Virus record (IMG/VR): IMGVR_UViG_3300032270_001137
Span: 1-53,567 of that record
Reading direction: 5' to 3' (one strand)
DNA length: 53,567 nucleotides
From: a virus
Lineage: Duplodnaviria; Caudoviricetes
Shown in pieces: positions 29,315 to 37,933 of the stretch (position 1 is its first letter; the number at the start of each line of letters is the position of its first letter). The position numbers were made by a program, and so were the translations under genes. The notes below the pieces were generated by a model, which ran no database searches, had not been told where the DNA came from, and was given only the letters and a program-made list of their open reading frames with translations.

Positions 29315-29746
29315 TTATATACTCTCATTTTCAAGCCAAGTTAATATCTTTTTCTTAATTTTAACCTGTTTGCCCTGTTTTTCTAGTCTTTTTGTATATC
29401 GATCGACATGCATTTGCACGTTCTGTTTAGCACCCTGTACATAGATTTCAAATTCTGCTTTATAGTCAATGTGCATTTCACATTTCTTAAGGAATTTTAT
29501 AGTCCAGAGTTCTGTGTCATATTCACAGATATGGTCTAGTACATCGTCTTCATGTCCTAGGATAATATGAGCTATTTCATGTATTGCAGTACCTGCAGAC
29601 TGGAAGTCAACTATTCTTGGAATTTTAATTACCCTGTCTTGTACCCAGGCTCTGCCTACAGGTGATTTGAACTTCTTTCTTGTAACACGGATCCCATGTT
29701 CTTTTATCATGTCTTTTATAACATCCTTTAATTGACTTAAGTGCAT
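29315..29746 (-). CDS. HExxH metallopeptidase-like protein
   Basis: IHEIAHIILGH...E. Confidence 0.6.
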   Translation of the reverse strand: MHLSQLKDVIKDMIKEHGIRVTRKKFKSPVGRAWVQDRVIKIPRIVDFQSAGTAIHEIAHIILGHEDDVLDHICEYDTELWTIKFLKKCEMHIDYKAEFEIYVQGAKQNVQMHVDRYTKRLEKQGKQVKIKKKILTWLENESI

Positions 29747-29763
29747 GATATGTCCCGTTTATT

Positions 29764-30180
29764 TTATTTATCACCATAAACTTCACCTAAAATAGACTCA
29801 AGATTAGTAATAGTGTTTTTTGTGAATTGAAGCTCCCATTGTAAAGATCTGATAGAAGAAGCCTTTCTAACCTTTCTTACTATTTCATTTACCTTTTCTG
29901 GTGGAAGACTAAAATAATAATAGTACTTTCCGTTCATCATGATGATTTTTGAATCCTCATAATTAACCTTGATTGTAATATGATCCCAATGGATATAGAT
30001 GACACAGTCTGTAGCCGACTCATAGAACTCGGTTTCAGGCTTATTGATTATCGATCTCGTTATCTTGACAACATATTTTTGTGTTTCGTCAAGTATGATT
30101 TCTCTTTTACCTAAATCTCTGAAAAGCTTGGTGATATACCAATACATTTTAGCTCTCTTGTGTTTACCTAATAGTGCCAT
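29764..30180 (-). CDS. hypothetical protein
   Basis: ORF in operon. Confidence 0.6.
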   Translation of the reverse strand: MALLGKHKRAKMYWYITKLFRDLGKREIILDETQKYVVKITRSIINKPETEFYESATDCVIYIHWDHITIKVNYEDSKIIMMNGKYYYYFSLPPEKVNEIVRKVRKASSIRSLQWELQFTKNTITNLESILGEVYGDK

Positions 30181-30364
30181 ATATTATTTTCATTGCCTCA
30201 CAATGTGAGTGTTGTTCAAATTCTAAAAACATCATGTATGTACCTCTGACATCATCTGATATCTCAATAGCATTCATAACTTCATTTACTACAAATTGGC
30301 CACATTCACTGACGGCGTTTTGTACCTTTTCCTCAAAGGTTGGTTCTGCTTTCTCTTTAAACAT
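30164..30364 (-). CDS. hypothetical protein
   Basis: ORF in operon. Confidence 0.6.
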   Translation of the reverse strand: MFKEKAEPTFEEKVQNAVSECGQFVVNEVMNAIEISDDVRGTYMMFLEFEQHSHCEAMKIIYGTIR

Positions 30365-30566
30365 TCTGGAAGTATATTTTATCGCCTACAAAAATTCTTA
30401 CGACATTCGTCTTATTGACTGCTCTTACATAAGCGGTTACATTTTTAATCTTGTCATAGTGTATTACTGTACCAGTGTTGTATTCTACAGATACTGTTAC
30501 ACCACCAGGCACAAGTGACAATTCATTTACTCTTTTTCCGTCAGGACAATTCTTTTCTATTTTCAT
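30357..30566 (-). CDS. hypothetical protein
   Basis: ORF downstream of class-II promoter. Confidence 0.6.
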   Translation of the reverse strand: MKIEKNCPDGKRVNELSLVPGGVTVSVEYNTGTVIHYDKIKNVTAYVRAVNKTNVVRIFVGDKIYFQNV

Positions 30567-30571
30567 ATAGA

Positions 30572-30598
30572 TTATACCGGCAAATATACTTAAATTTC
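30572..30598 (-). promoter_or_regulatory. Putative class-II promoter GAAAT-N17-TATAA
   Basis: Same spacing and NCT-ATATG tail as 14782 and 41137. Confidence 0.5.
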
Positions 30599-30649
30599 AT
30601 ATTTTAGCTGTAATTCTGTACAGGGATACATACAATATAAGCAAACATT

Positions 30650-31402
30650 ATGAAATACTTTAAACTTTTCGAGCAATTTATAACTGAAATTGATGATTTC
30701 CACCATAGTGATGCACCTGATGCCGAAGGCAGATTTAGGGATCTTGGCATAAAGGATCTTGCAAAATGGTTGATTAAAACTAGAGATGGTGATATGCAAA
30801 GAATCACAGGAAGTCTAAATCAGCAGATAGCATTTAATAAGAAAAGTGACCCTAAATATGCAGATAAAATGGAAAAAGTAAGAGCAGAAGTTAAAAAGCA
30901 ATTGGGTGTAGACGAAGCAAAGGTTACCTATGACTATGGTTGTGTAATGGTATATTTTGATTTTCCACAAATGGAAGACGTCCATAATTTAATAGATCCT
31001 AAAGATCTTGACCCAAATCAAAAGGGCCTTGAAGACGAATCACATGTTACCCTTCTTTATGGTATACACAGTAATGAGGTTACAGATGAACAGGTTAAAG
31101 AAGCCGCCAGAGGAATGGCAGGTCCTATTAAGTTACATAACGCCAGCTTATTTCAAAATGATTTTGACGTCTTAAAATTTGAAGCAGAGAACCCAACACT
31201 ACATGGGTGTAATTTCAATCTAAGGCAATTACCACATACTTCAACATATCCTGATTATAAACCACATGCCACAATTGCATATCTGAAAAAGGGTGAAGGC
31301 CACAAGTACACAGAGGTCTTAATGGATAAAGCATACACCGTAACCCCAACCCATCTGATCTATAGCAGACCAGATGGCAGTAAGGTTAAATTTGATCTTT
31401 AA
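30650..31402 (+). CDS. leader-tagged protein with C-terminal 2H phosphoesterase domain (Acb1/2'-5' RNA ligase-like)
   Basis: MKYFKLFEQFITE; SHVTLLYG and PHATIAY HxT motifs. Confidence 0.8.
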   Translation: MKYFKLFEQFITEIDDFHHSDAPDAEGRFRDLGIKDLAKWLIKTRDGDMQRITGSLNQQIAFNKKSDPKYADKMEKVRAEVKKQLGVDEAKVTYDYGCVMVYFDFPQMEDVHNLIDPKDLDPNQKGLEDESHVTLLYGIHSNEVTDEQVKEAARGMAGPIKLHNASLFQNDFDVLKFEAENPTLHGCNFNLRQLPHTSTYPDYKPHATIAYLKKGEGHKYTEVLMDKAYTVTPTHLIYSRPDGSKVKFDL

Positions 31403-32752
31403 TTATACGTAACGTTCTAAGATACGCTTCCAGTTCTTAACACCAGTTTGCTTGAACATTGCGGCTTTAACAAACGTTCTCATTGAAACGTTTTTACTAC
31501 CCTTGATGTATTCGAATACCTCTTCTTTCTCTTCAAGAGGCATGTCTAGAGGTTCCATGTACTTAATCAAACGCTTCATTCTCTCCATGATAGTCATATC
31601 GTCTGGAGATACGTCGATGATTAAGCTTCTTGAACGAATAGCTCCATCTGGATCTAATTTCTCTTTCTTAAGGTTAGAAATAAAGATGATACGACCTGTG
31701 AACTCGAAACGATTAGGAATACGACCTGCGGTTTCCATTTCCTCTAAATGTTCAGGTGACATGATCTTTTCTGGATCGTAGAACTTAGGGTTCTTTTTCA
31801 TATAAGAAATAGTACGGATCTTCTTGGTGTCAAGAGCAGCTTTAAGAATGTTTCTACTTTCTTGCTCATCAAATACACTGTCACAGTCATCAAATACAAT
31901 TACACCGTTGTTGTTATCATAAAGAGTTTCAACAATACCTGGCGTACTCGTAGAACCTGAAATCATTACATACTGGCAACTTTGTTTTTCAAGTGCAGCA
32001 GTAACTGTATGTGTTTTACCAGTACCGGCTTTACCTGATAACATCATACCGTTGACGTTACCAAGAGCAACTGCATTTACAACGTCAGTAATATCTTCCA
32101 TGATTTCGTCAAGCAACTTAACCTTGTCTTTAAGTGTAGCTTCACCGTTGAATACCATTTCAATTTCTGACTGAGACTCTTCTCTCTTTTCTTTAGCAGC
32201 AGGTCTGGCGTTAACGACGTTGTTCTCTCTTAAGACTTCACGCACTGTCTTTGGGCTTAAACCAACTTCAGATGCAATTTCTTTTGCGTTTTTGCTGTTA
32301 CTTAACTCAACGATCTTTTTAATTGCATCGTCTGTAACTTTCTTAGCCTCATTTACTTTATCTGGGGCTACAAGTTGTGCTTCTGGGTTAACCAATTGAT
32401 CTGCAACTTGAGGAAGCACTTTGGCTAAACTTTGGCCAAAACCATCAACAGTCCAAGATGGTTCACTGCTGCTACCATCCCAATAATCAATTGAAGTAAT
32501 ATCTGTGGCTCCTTCACTTTGGTCAACGTTAACACGAATAGACTTTCCACTGTCTGCATAATATCTTTTTCCGAAACCTGAAGTTCCGTCTTTCTTAGTA
32601 TACTTTTCGAAAAAAGGATAGGGATAAAGGGTCTCACCCATTTTACGAGAAAGATACGATGCAATAAGATCGAATGCTTTCGCTTCGTCTTTTGTTCTAA
32701 CAGCTTCGTTTACGAATTGTTCAAAGTGTTTAAGCTTAAAAATGTTTTCCAT
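31403..32752 (-). CDS. leader-tagged P-loop ATPase with HTH-like segment
   Basis: LKHFEQFVNE; AKEIASEVGLSPKTVREVL; GKAGTGKT; IVFDDCD; IIFISN; AIRSR. Confidence 0.8.
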   Translation of the reverse strand: MENIFKLKHFEQFVNEAVRTKDEAKAFDLIASYLSRKMGETLYPYPFFEKYTKKDGTSGFGKRYYADSGKSIRVNVDQSEGATDITSIDYWDGSSSEPSWTVDGFGQSLAKVLPQVADQLVNPEAQLVAPDKVNEAKKVTDDAIKKIVELSNSKNAKEIASEVGLSPKTVREVLRENNVVNARPAAKEKREESQSEIEMVFNGEATLKDKVKLLDEIMEDITDVVNAVALGNVNGMMLSGKAGTGKTHTVTAALEKQSCQYVMISGSTSTPGIVETLYDNNNGVIVFDDCDSVFDEQESRNILKAALDTKKIRTISYMKKNPKFYDPEKIMSPEHLEEMETAGRIPNRFEFTGRIIFISNLKKEKLDPDGAIRSRSLIIDVSPDDMTIMERMKRLIKYMEPLDMPLEEKEEVFEYIKGSKNVSMRTFVKAAMFKQTGVKNWKRILERYV

Positions 32753-32769
32753 AGAGTATTTTGATTTGT

Positions 32770-33876
32770 TTATTTATCTTCTTTATTCCAGAATGGTTTT
32801 GAGTATTTAGGTCTAACAAGATCCCAGACTGCTTTGTCACGTTCTTTACCATCCCAGATCAAAAAGCAGATACCTTTAACTTTAGGATTTATGTCACAGC
32901 CTGCAAGATGTAGAGCAAATTCCTTTTTAGTTGGTTCTACTTCTTTATCATTGTATTTGCCATATCTGAAATAATCATGGATCTTACCAGCATACTCTTC
33001 GATTTGATACTTATGGTACTGTAGGTCTTTTACTGCGTCTTTAACCCATTTATCAAATTCATCTGGAACTCTATCCAAGAACTCGTTTATATCACCACCT
33101 TCTCTCAAATGCTTCCAGATATCGACATTTGAAAAGTTAGTCAATAGTCTATGTAGACGGACGTACTCTTCAAATTTGATTTTGACCCTCTTGTTACTTG
33201 GCCAAAATCTTAACACATACCCCTCTCTGTTTTCAGATTCATGTTCTTTAAGATGCTTAAGCATAGTTTCATCTGCATCATAAACCATATTAGTCATGAC
33301 AAGATCTTCTTTTTGTATGCCTGAAAAATGGAATATAGTCTGTGCAGTAGTCCAGGCCAATTCAACGTCATTTGAAGTTGCTGACAAGAAAACTATCTTC
33401 TCTTCACCACCATAGTCAACGACGATTCTGTTTTCTGGATAAATGATTTCACAGATATAGACGGCTTCTGGCATGAAATTCTTTAAGTCGTATTTACGCT
33501 TTAAGATTTCCATACCCTTTTTCGCCTGTTCAGATGTGAAAGATCCACGGGTAGCCATGTGCCAATCACCTGCGTAATTGAACAAGATACCCATGGAACC
33601 ATCCATCTTTTCTTGAATCCAGACATGTTCGCAAGACCAGTCAAGTTCTTTAACCTCTTCAAAGTTAAAGAACTTGTCTAGGCTTTTTGCAATAACCTCT
33701 CCAGATTCATCAAGTACTAAACCTCGACACTCTAGAGTAACCTCGTCCCATAGTTGCTCATATTGAACTTTACGAGAGTAGTTGTAAATGTAAAGAGGCA
33801 GATCAGGGTGTTTATTCACCTCGATTAAACCGTCTGTTACATATTTTTCTAGTTTGTCAAAGTTTTTGTATTTCAT
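32770..33876 (-). CDS. RNA ligase (T4 Rnl1-like)
   Basis: ECRGLV, KFFN.EE, EKMDGS, ATRGSF, CEIIYPENRIVVDY, EGYV, RVKIKFEEY. Confidence 0.88.
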   Translation of the reverse strand: MKYKNFDKLEKYVTDGLIEVNKHPDLPLYIYNYSRKVQYEQLWDEVTLECRGLVLDESGEVIAKSLDKFFNFEEVKELDWSCEHVWIQEKMDGSMGILFNYAGDWHMATRGSFTSEQAKKGMEILKRKYDLKNFMPEAVYICEIIYPENRIVVDYGGEEKIVFLSATSNDVELAWTTAQTIFHFSGIQKEDLVMTNMVYDADETMLKHLKEHESENREGYVLRFWPSNKRVKIKFEEYVRLHRLLTNFSNVDIWKHLREGGDINEFLDRVPDEFDKWVKDAVKDLQYHKYQIEEYAGKIHDYFRYGKYNDKEVEPTKKEFALHLAGCDINPKVKGICFLIWDGKERDKAVWDLVRPKYSKPFWNKEDK

Positions 33877-34271
33877 AACTTTACTTCAAATCTGTTTTTC
33901 ATTATTTCTAGCTTATCTTCAGGTACACCATGCTCGTTCATGCCATTATGCCTGTTCTCTACGATAATGGAATGAACTCTATAGCCGTATTTTTCAGCCA
34001 ACTCATTGTAAGCAGACATCTCCCATTCTTGCGTGAATGTGTTCGACACTACCACTGGTGAGTGCTCATATCTCATTAGAAAATCAACTTCCTCTTGACA
34101 CCACTTATGGGCATCTTTGATTTTTGATGGTTCAAACTTGTAGTTACCATCTCGGTCAACAAAGAACATATCAGCCTCTTTGTGACGATATTCTTTGTCG
34201 CCAACTAGCATTTTTGCCAGTGTCGACTTACCTGCTCCAGGCAATCCTCTTAATAGTATTAACGTTTTCAT
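33873..34271 (-). CDS. polynucleotide kinase-like P-loop protein
   Basis: LRGLPGAGKST, EAD.FF, AH.WCQ, VSNTF, HGVP..M..RFE. Confidence 0.85.
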   Translation of the reverse strand: MKTLILLRGLPGAGKSTLAKMLVGDKEYRHKEADMFFVDRDGNYKFEPSKIKDAHKWCQEEVDFLMRYEHSPVVVSNTFTQEWEMSAYNELAEKYGYRVHSIIVENRHNGMNEHGVPEDKLEIMKNRFEVKL

Positions 34272-34927
34272 ATTAGTCTTTTTTCGTGGTGATCTTTTGG
34301 TAACTCTAATTTAGCAATCGGTTGCTTATCCATTATTTTTAATACGTCTTCCATACTAATAGGTGCCATACAATTTCCATCTACTCCCACATCCATTGCT
34401 TTACCTGCTGCTACCCTAAGGTGAATAGGTAAGTGAACGTGTCCATGTAAGTGAATAACTCCATTGTTCATATTGTTCCAACTAGCAATAGGATAGTGCA
34501 TACAGATAAAAGTGAATCGATCCATGGCCTCTTTCTTAGACCTACCAGGACGTTTAACTTCCAGGTACAAGTACTCATGTACTGAACTGAATAAACTTTG
34601 CACATTGTCTTTGTTTCGTTGGATGTGGTGATCGTGGTTACCTAAAACCAAATGCACGTTCTTACATATAATACGATCTCTGAAATCTTTAATACTTTCA
34701 AAACCGCCAAATGACCAATCGCCTAAGTGAATTAGGATATCATCTTGATCGACATAGCCGTTAATCCAATAAACCAATTCCTCGTTCATCTTCTCCAATG
34801 AGCTAAAGTCACGAGTCACATCATCGGCATCTTTCCAATGAGTGGTAGATCTGCAGATATTAGAGTGGTTGTAGTGAGTATCACTTGTAAACCAGAGTCT
34901 TTGTCCTTGTTTTAATTCGATTTTCAT
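34268..34927 (-). CDS. calcineurin-like phosphoesterase
   Basis: FTSDTH, HLGDW, LGNHD, MHYP, LHGHVH, DVGVD. Confidence 0.9.
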   Translation of the reverse strand: MKIELKQGQRLWFTSDTHYNHSNICRSTTHWKDADDVTRDFSSLEKMNEELVYWINGYVDQDDILIHLGDWSFGGFESIKDFRDRIICKNVHLVLGNHDHHIQRNKDNVQSLFSSVHEYLYLEVKRPGRSKKEAMDRFTFICMHYPIASWNNMNNGVIHLHGHVHLPIHLRVAAGKAMDVGVDGNCMAPISMEDVLKIMDKQPIAKLELPKDHHEKRLI

Positions 34928-34974
34928 AGTGTAAATATAACAAGCAAAGCCCAGATTTCAAAGGGCTTTGCTGA
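34927..34974 (-). promoter_or_regulatory. class-I promoter with 8-bp inverted repeat (leaderless)
   Basis: CAAAGCCC-N10-GGGCTTTG then TTATATTTACACT-ATG. Confidence 0.6.
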
Positions 34975-35406
34975 TTAAACGGAGTGGGGTACTACCCATC
35001 TTTCACAATTTTGAGGTAAGTGATGGATGTGTCTATAGTTATTGATGTAACCCATCATATTTGCAGATCCAACGGCATTTGCAGAATGTACCATAACTGG
35101 AACTACCGGTGCTCCATTTAACCATTGCTCCACTAACCACTTTGTACAGTCCATACCTGTCTTCTCGGTGATATTGTCGTAGTTCAAGGTGTAGTTATGA
35201 TAGACATTGTTATGCCATTCCGCCATTGCTGAATCTCCTAAATCATGGTCTAAAGAGATCAATCCGATGTTCTCCAAACCGATTTCTGTGATTTTGGCAA
35301 CGAACTCATCATAGCTGCGAACTACAGTCCATTCTTGAACGTCGTGTGTAGTAGGATTCGGCAACGGCGTTCTCATGTCGTCTAGGTAGATATTGTGCTT
35401 TTTCAT
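34975..35406 (-). CDS. cyclic-phosphate-processing receiver-like domain protein
   Basis: YLDD.R.P, ISLDHDLG, TG.D, HSAN.VG..NM; adjacent to RNA repair genes. Confidence 0.75.
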   Translation of the reverse strand: MKKHNIYLDDMRTPLPNPTTHDVQEWTVVRSYDEFVAKITEIGLENIGLISLDHDLGDSAMAEWHNNVYHNYTLNYDNITEKTGMDCTKWLVEQWLNGAPVVPVMVHSANAVGSANMMGYINNYRHIHHLPQNCERWVVPHSV

Positions 35407-35408
35407 AA

Positions 35409-35642
35409 TTACATTTTTTGGCCCATTTTCAAAATAAGGCGCATATATTCCTCTTGGTTAAGTATAATGTAGTTTAATTCCTCTTTAACACATTCCTCAA
35501 CTACTTTATCAAGTGCTGCGCTAACATAATCTTCAAACTCTTCAAAACCCGCAACTTTAGCATCTTCTTCTGAGAAGACGATTTTTTCAAAAACAGGCTC
35601 TGGGGCTTCTGCTCTATGTGCGATGAGATAAAAGTTATACAT
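35409..35642 (-). CDS. hypothetical protein
   Basis: ORF in operon. Confidence 0.6.
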   Translation of the reverse strand: MYNFYLIAHRAEAPEPVFEKIVFSEEDAKVAGFEEFEDYVSAALDKVVEECVKEELNYIILNQEEYMRLILKMGQKM

Positions 35643-35902
35643 TAGTTTATGATTTCGTCAGTGTCTATGTTATACTCTTGTAACAAGGCATGTAAGTTTT
35701 CAAGAACAAGATCAGCTCCCATGTAGGCACTTAGTTTAAGACCAAACTCTTCTTTAGCCTCTAATTCACGTATACACTTCTTTCTGAAGTTATTTTGAAT
35801 TTCAAAAAGAACACATGTCATGTCTAGGGCCTTGTTTGCCCTATTGAATGCCATTCTGTCGTCTGGATCATCAAGATTAAATTCTAGTATTGCTTTTGCC
35901 AT
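35642..35902 (-). CDS. hypothetical protein (MAKAILEFNL.DPDD..AF..A family)
   Basis: Coupled ORF. Confidence 0.65.
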   Translation of the reverse strand: MAKAILEFNLDDPDDRMAFNRANKALDMTCVLFEIQNNFRKKCIRELEAKEEFGLKLSAYMGADLVLENLHALLQEYNIDTDEIIN

Positions 35903-35903
35903 G

Positions 35904-36137
35904 TTAAAAGGTTTTATAAAGTATCACGTAATCGCCGAAGTAGTTATCGAAAACATTTATTAGATTTGAATAATCAGAAGACGTCATTTCTAACTGTATG
36001 CGCTGGGTCATTTTATCTCCCATTCCAAGTTTTCTGGAAAGTTTACTGGCTATTCCTAATAAATGGAATGCGTTTCCTTCTGGACCTGATAGGTCGATTT
36101 CAATTTTACTCGCTGTTGGTTTTTTGTTTAAGATCAT
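35904..36137 (-). CDS. hypothetical protein (IDL.GP.GNAF..G family)
   Basis: ORF downstream of class-I promoter. Confidence 0.7.
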   Translation of the reverse strand: MILNKKPTASKIEIDLSGPEGNAFHLLGIASKLSRKLGMGDKMTQRIQLEMTSSDYSNLINVFDNYFGDYVILYKTF

Positions 36138-36151
36138 AATGCTTAATGTTA

Positions 36152-36198
36152 TAGTGTAAAACTACAAAAATGATAGTAAAAATAAAAGAAAGTTGCAG
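36152..36198 (-). promoter_or_regulatory. class-I promoter
   Basis: CTGCA...TTGTAGTTTTACACT-ATAA. Confidence 0.55.
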
Positions 36199-36203
36199 AA
36201 AAT

Positions 36204-36455
36204 CTAGTTTGACGAAAAACAAAGATCAACTTCTATGAGTTGAAATTTACTCTTGAATAAAACCCAGTCGATCTTATGGCCTGGTGCTTTTTTATCAATA
36301 TAACTGATAATATCGTCTAGAAAGACATATTTACCCCAAAGTTCTGGATATGAGGACTCATGTATTAAAGCATCACCGTCTTCTATGTGAAAGTTACAAT
36401 AAAGTTCTGTTTTCTTACTGATAAGAACTTTAAATTGTCTCTTCTGTGATTCCAC
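36204..36455 (-). CDS. hypothetical protein
   Basis: ORF; start uncertain (GTG 36455 chosen). Confidence 0.5.
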   Translation of the reverse strand: MESQKRQFKVLISKKTELYCNFHIEDGDALIHESSYPELWGKYVFLDDIISYIDKKAPGHKIDWVLFKSKFQLIEVDLCFSSN

Positions 36456-36738
36456 TGTGGTGTAATTTGTATATTTTATAAACTTTAAGACCTTCTTCAA
36501 TTTCTATTAAAGTGTCTCTGTATAGTTTAGCGTGCGGTAGACTCTCAAATAAACCTACACAAATAGGTCCCTTTTCATCTTGAACTTCAACGCTCCATTT
36601 AGGCATAAGTCTGTCATTATAATGAAATGCACGTCTTATTGAATTGCCTAACTCTTGATCGTTAGGATATTGCCTAACATAGGATTCTATTAGTTGCATA
36701 AAATTTACTAAACCATTTAACCTTGTGTTCTCTTGCAT
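36430..36738 (-). CDS. hypothetical protein (YPNDQELG motif)
   Basis: ORF in operon. Confidence 0.6.
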   Translation of the reverse strand: MQENTRLNGLVNFMQLIESYVRQYPNDQELGNSIRRAFHYNDRLMPKWSVEVQDEKGPICVGLFESLPHAKLYRDTLIEIEEGLKVYKIYKLHHSGITEETI

Positions 36739-36745
36739 GTTATAT

Positions 36746-37171
36746 TTATTTGGGACTCAACAGACCCATGCCATATTCCTTTAATCTTTCCCAATAACGA
36801 TCTTTGACATGCTGATGGATTGGCCTGGGTTTACCGTCTTCGTCAATTCTTACAAATACTATTTTTGTATGGGTTACAATTTCTTGCATTCCTGTATAAA
36901 CACTATGTTTTCTAACCTCAATATAAAGAGTGACTGAAGTATTACCGAAGCCCACAACTTCACCGTATACTTTCAATATGCTTCCAACTTTAACAGGTTT
37001 CTTAAAAACCAATTCGTCAATTTTCAGTGTAACTATTTTCTGCGTGTCACATATCTGTGATGCATAACTGGCAGCAGCGTCATCTATCAGGCCAAGTAAC
37101 AGGCCACCAAACATGTTATCATGAACTCCTATATCGCCTTTTTTACAAATATATGTAGTAATCAGTTCCAT
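36746..37171 (-). CDS. hotdog-fold acyl-CoA thioesterase
   Basis: D...H.NMFGG.LL..ID.AA, VT..ID...F.KPV.VG, GNTS. Confidence 0.85.
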   Translation of the reverse strand: MELITTYICKKGDIGVHDNMFGGLLLGLIDDAAASYASQICDTQKIVTLKIDELVFKKPVKVGSILKVYGEVVGFGNTSVTLYIEVRKHSVYTGMQEIVTHTKIVFVRIDEDGKPRPIHQHVKDRYWERLKEYGMGLLSPK

Positions 37172-37338
37172 AGTGATAAGATGTGTGTGATTGCCAAAAA
37201 AGTTGCAGTATAAATTACAAAGGTAATTATGAAATCTAAACTCTCTTCCTGTAAAGAAACCGGCTTAAATCTATTTTTGAAATGATAGACAATTCTAGTA
37301 CATACAGTACCAAATAACATCAATAACACAAATTTCAT
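37162..37338 (-). CDS. small membrane protein (58 aa), not in ORF track
   Basis: ATGA-coupled, two hydrophobic segments. Confidence 0.55.
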   Translation of the reverse strand: MKFVLLMLFGTVCTRIVYHFKNRFKPVSLQEESLDFIITFVIYTATFLAITHILSLWN

Positions 37339-37931
37339 ATTTTCTCTCTCTTGTATAATTCTAAAAGCTCGTCTGAAAAGTTTTCATAGTCCATGTCAAA
37401 TTTATCCGACATCGCATTTACTATATTCATGTTAGTATATGGCGAATTATCTGGTTCAGACCATTTTCTTGTCGTTTTTATGTAGTTATAAAAAAGGACA
37501 TAGGCATTTGACTTTTTAACATATTCTACTGGGTCAATGGGCAGATTCCACTTGATAATCATTTCAGTGGTTCTCTTTTCATTGTCAAGTTCTAAATCTC
37601 TTGCAATTCCAATTGCCCAATCTATATCTTCATGATCTTCGCCGGCCAACCAATTCCACATGATTGATGAAGCCCTTTCAGATTCTGTCCAGAGTGGTAT
37701 CTGATCTAACCATTGGGTCATATGACAGTATTCATGTACCATAAGGCCTAAAAAATCTTCTCGACCTTGAGCAAATGCTAAAATTGGAGGTTTAGCATTA
37801 TCAAAGAAACCGCCACACTTTACCCCGTCGGTAAGTTTAATGTAACTTCTTTTGTATGGTTTGAATTTGACTCTATGTTTCTTGCATTCACTTTGAACAT
37901 GGTCTATAAATGCCTGTGTATTTTTATCCAT
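37335..37931 (-). CDS. HExxH metallopeptidase-like protein
   Basis: CGGFF...MVHEYCH..QW...ELDNE. Confidence 0.65.
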   Translation of the reverse strand: MDKNTQAFIDHVQSECKKHRVKFKPYKRSYIKLTDGVKCGGFFDNAKPPILAFAQGREDFLGLMVHEYCHMTQWLDQIPLWTESERASSIMWNWLAGEDHEDIDWAIGIARDLELDNEKRTTEMIIKWNLPIDPVEYVKKSNAYVLFYNYIKTTRKWSEPDNSPYTNMNIVNAMSDKFDMDYENFSDELLELYKREKI

Positions 37932-37933
37932 AA

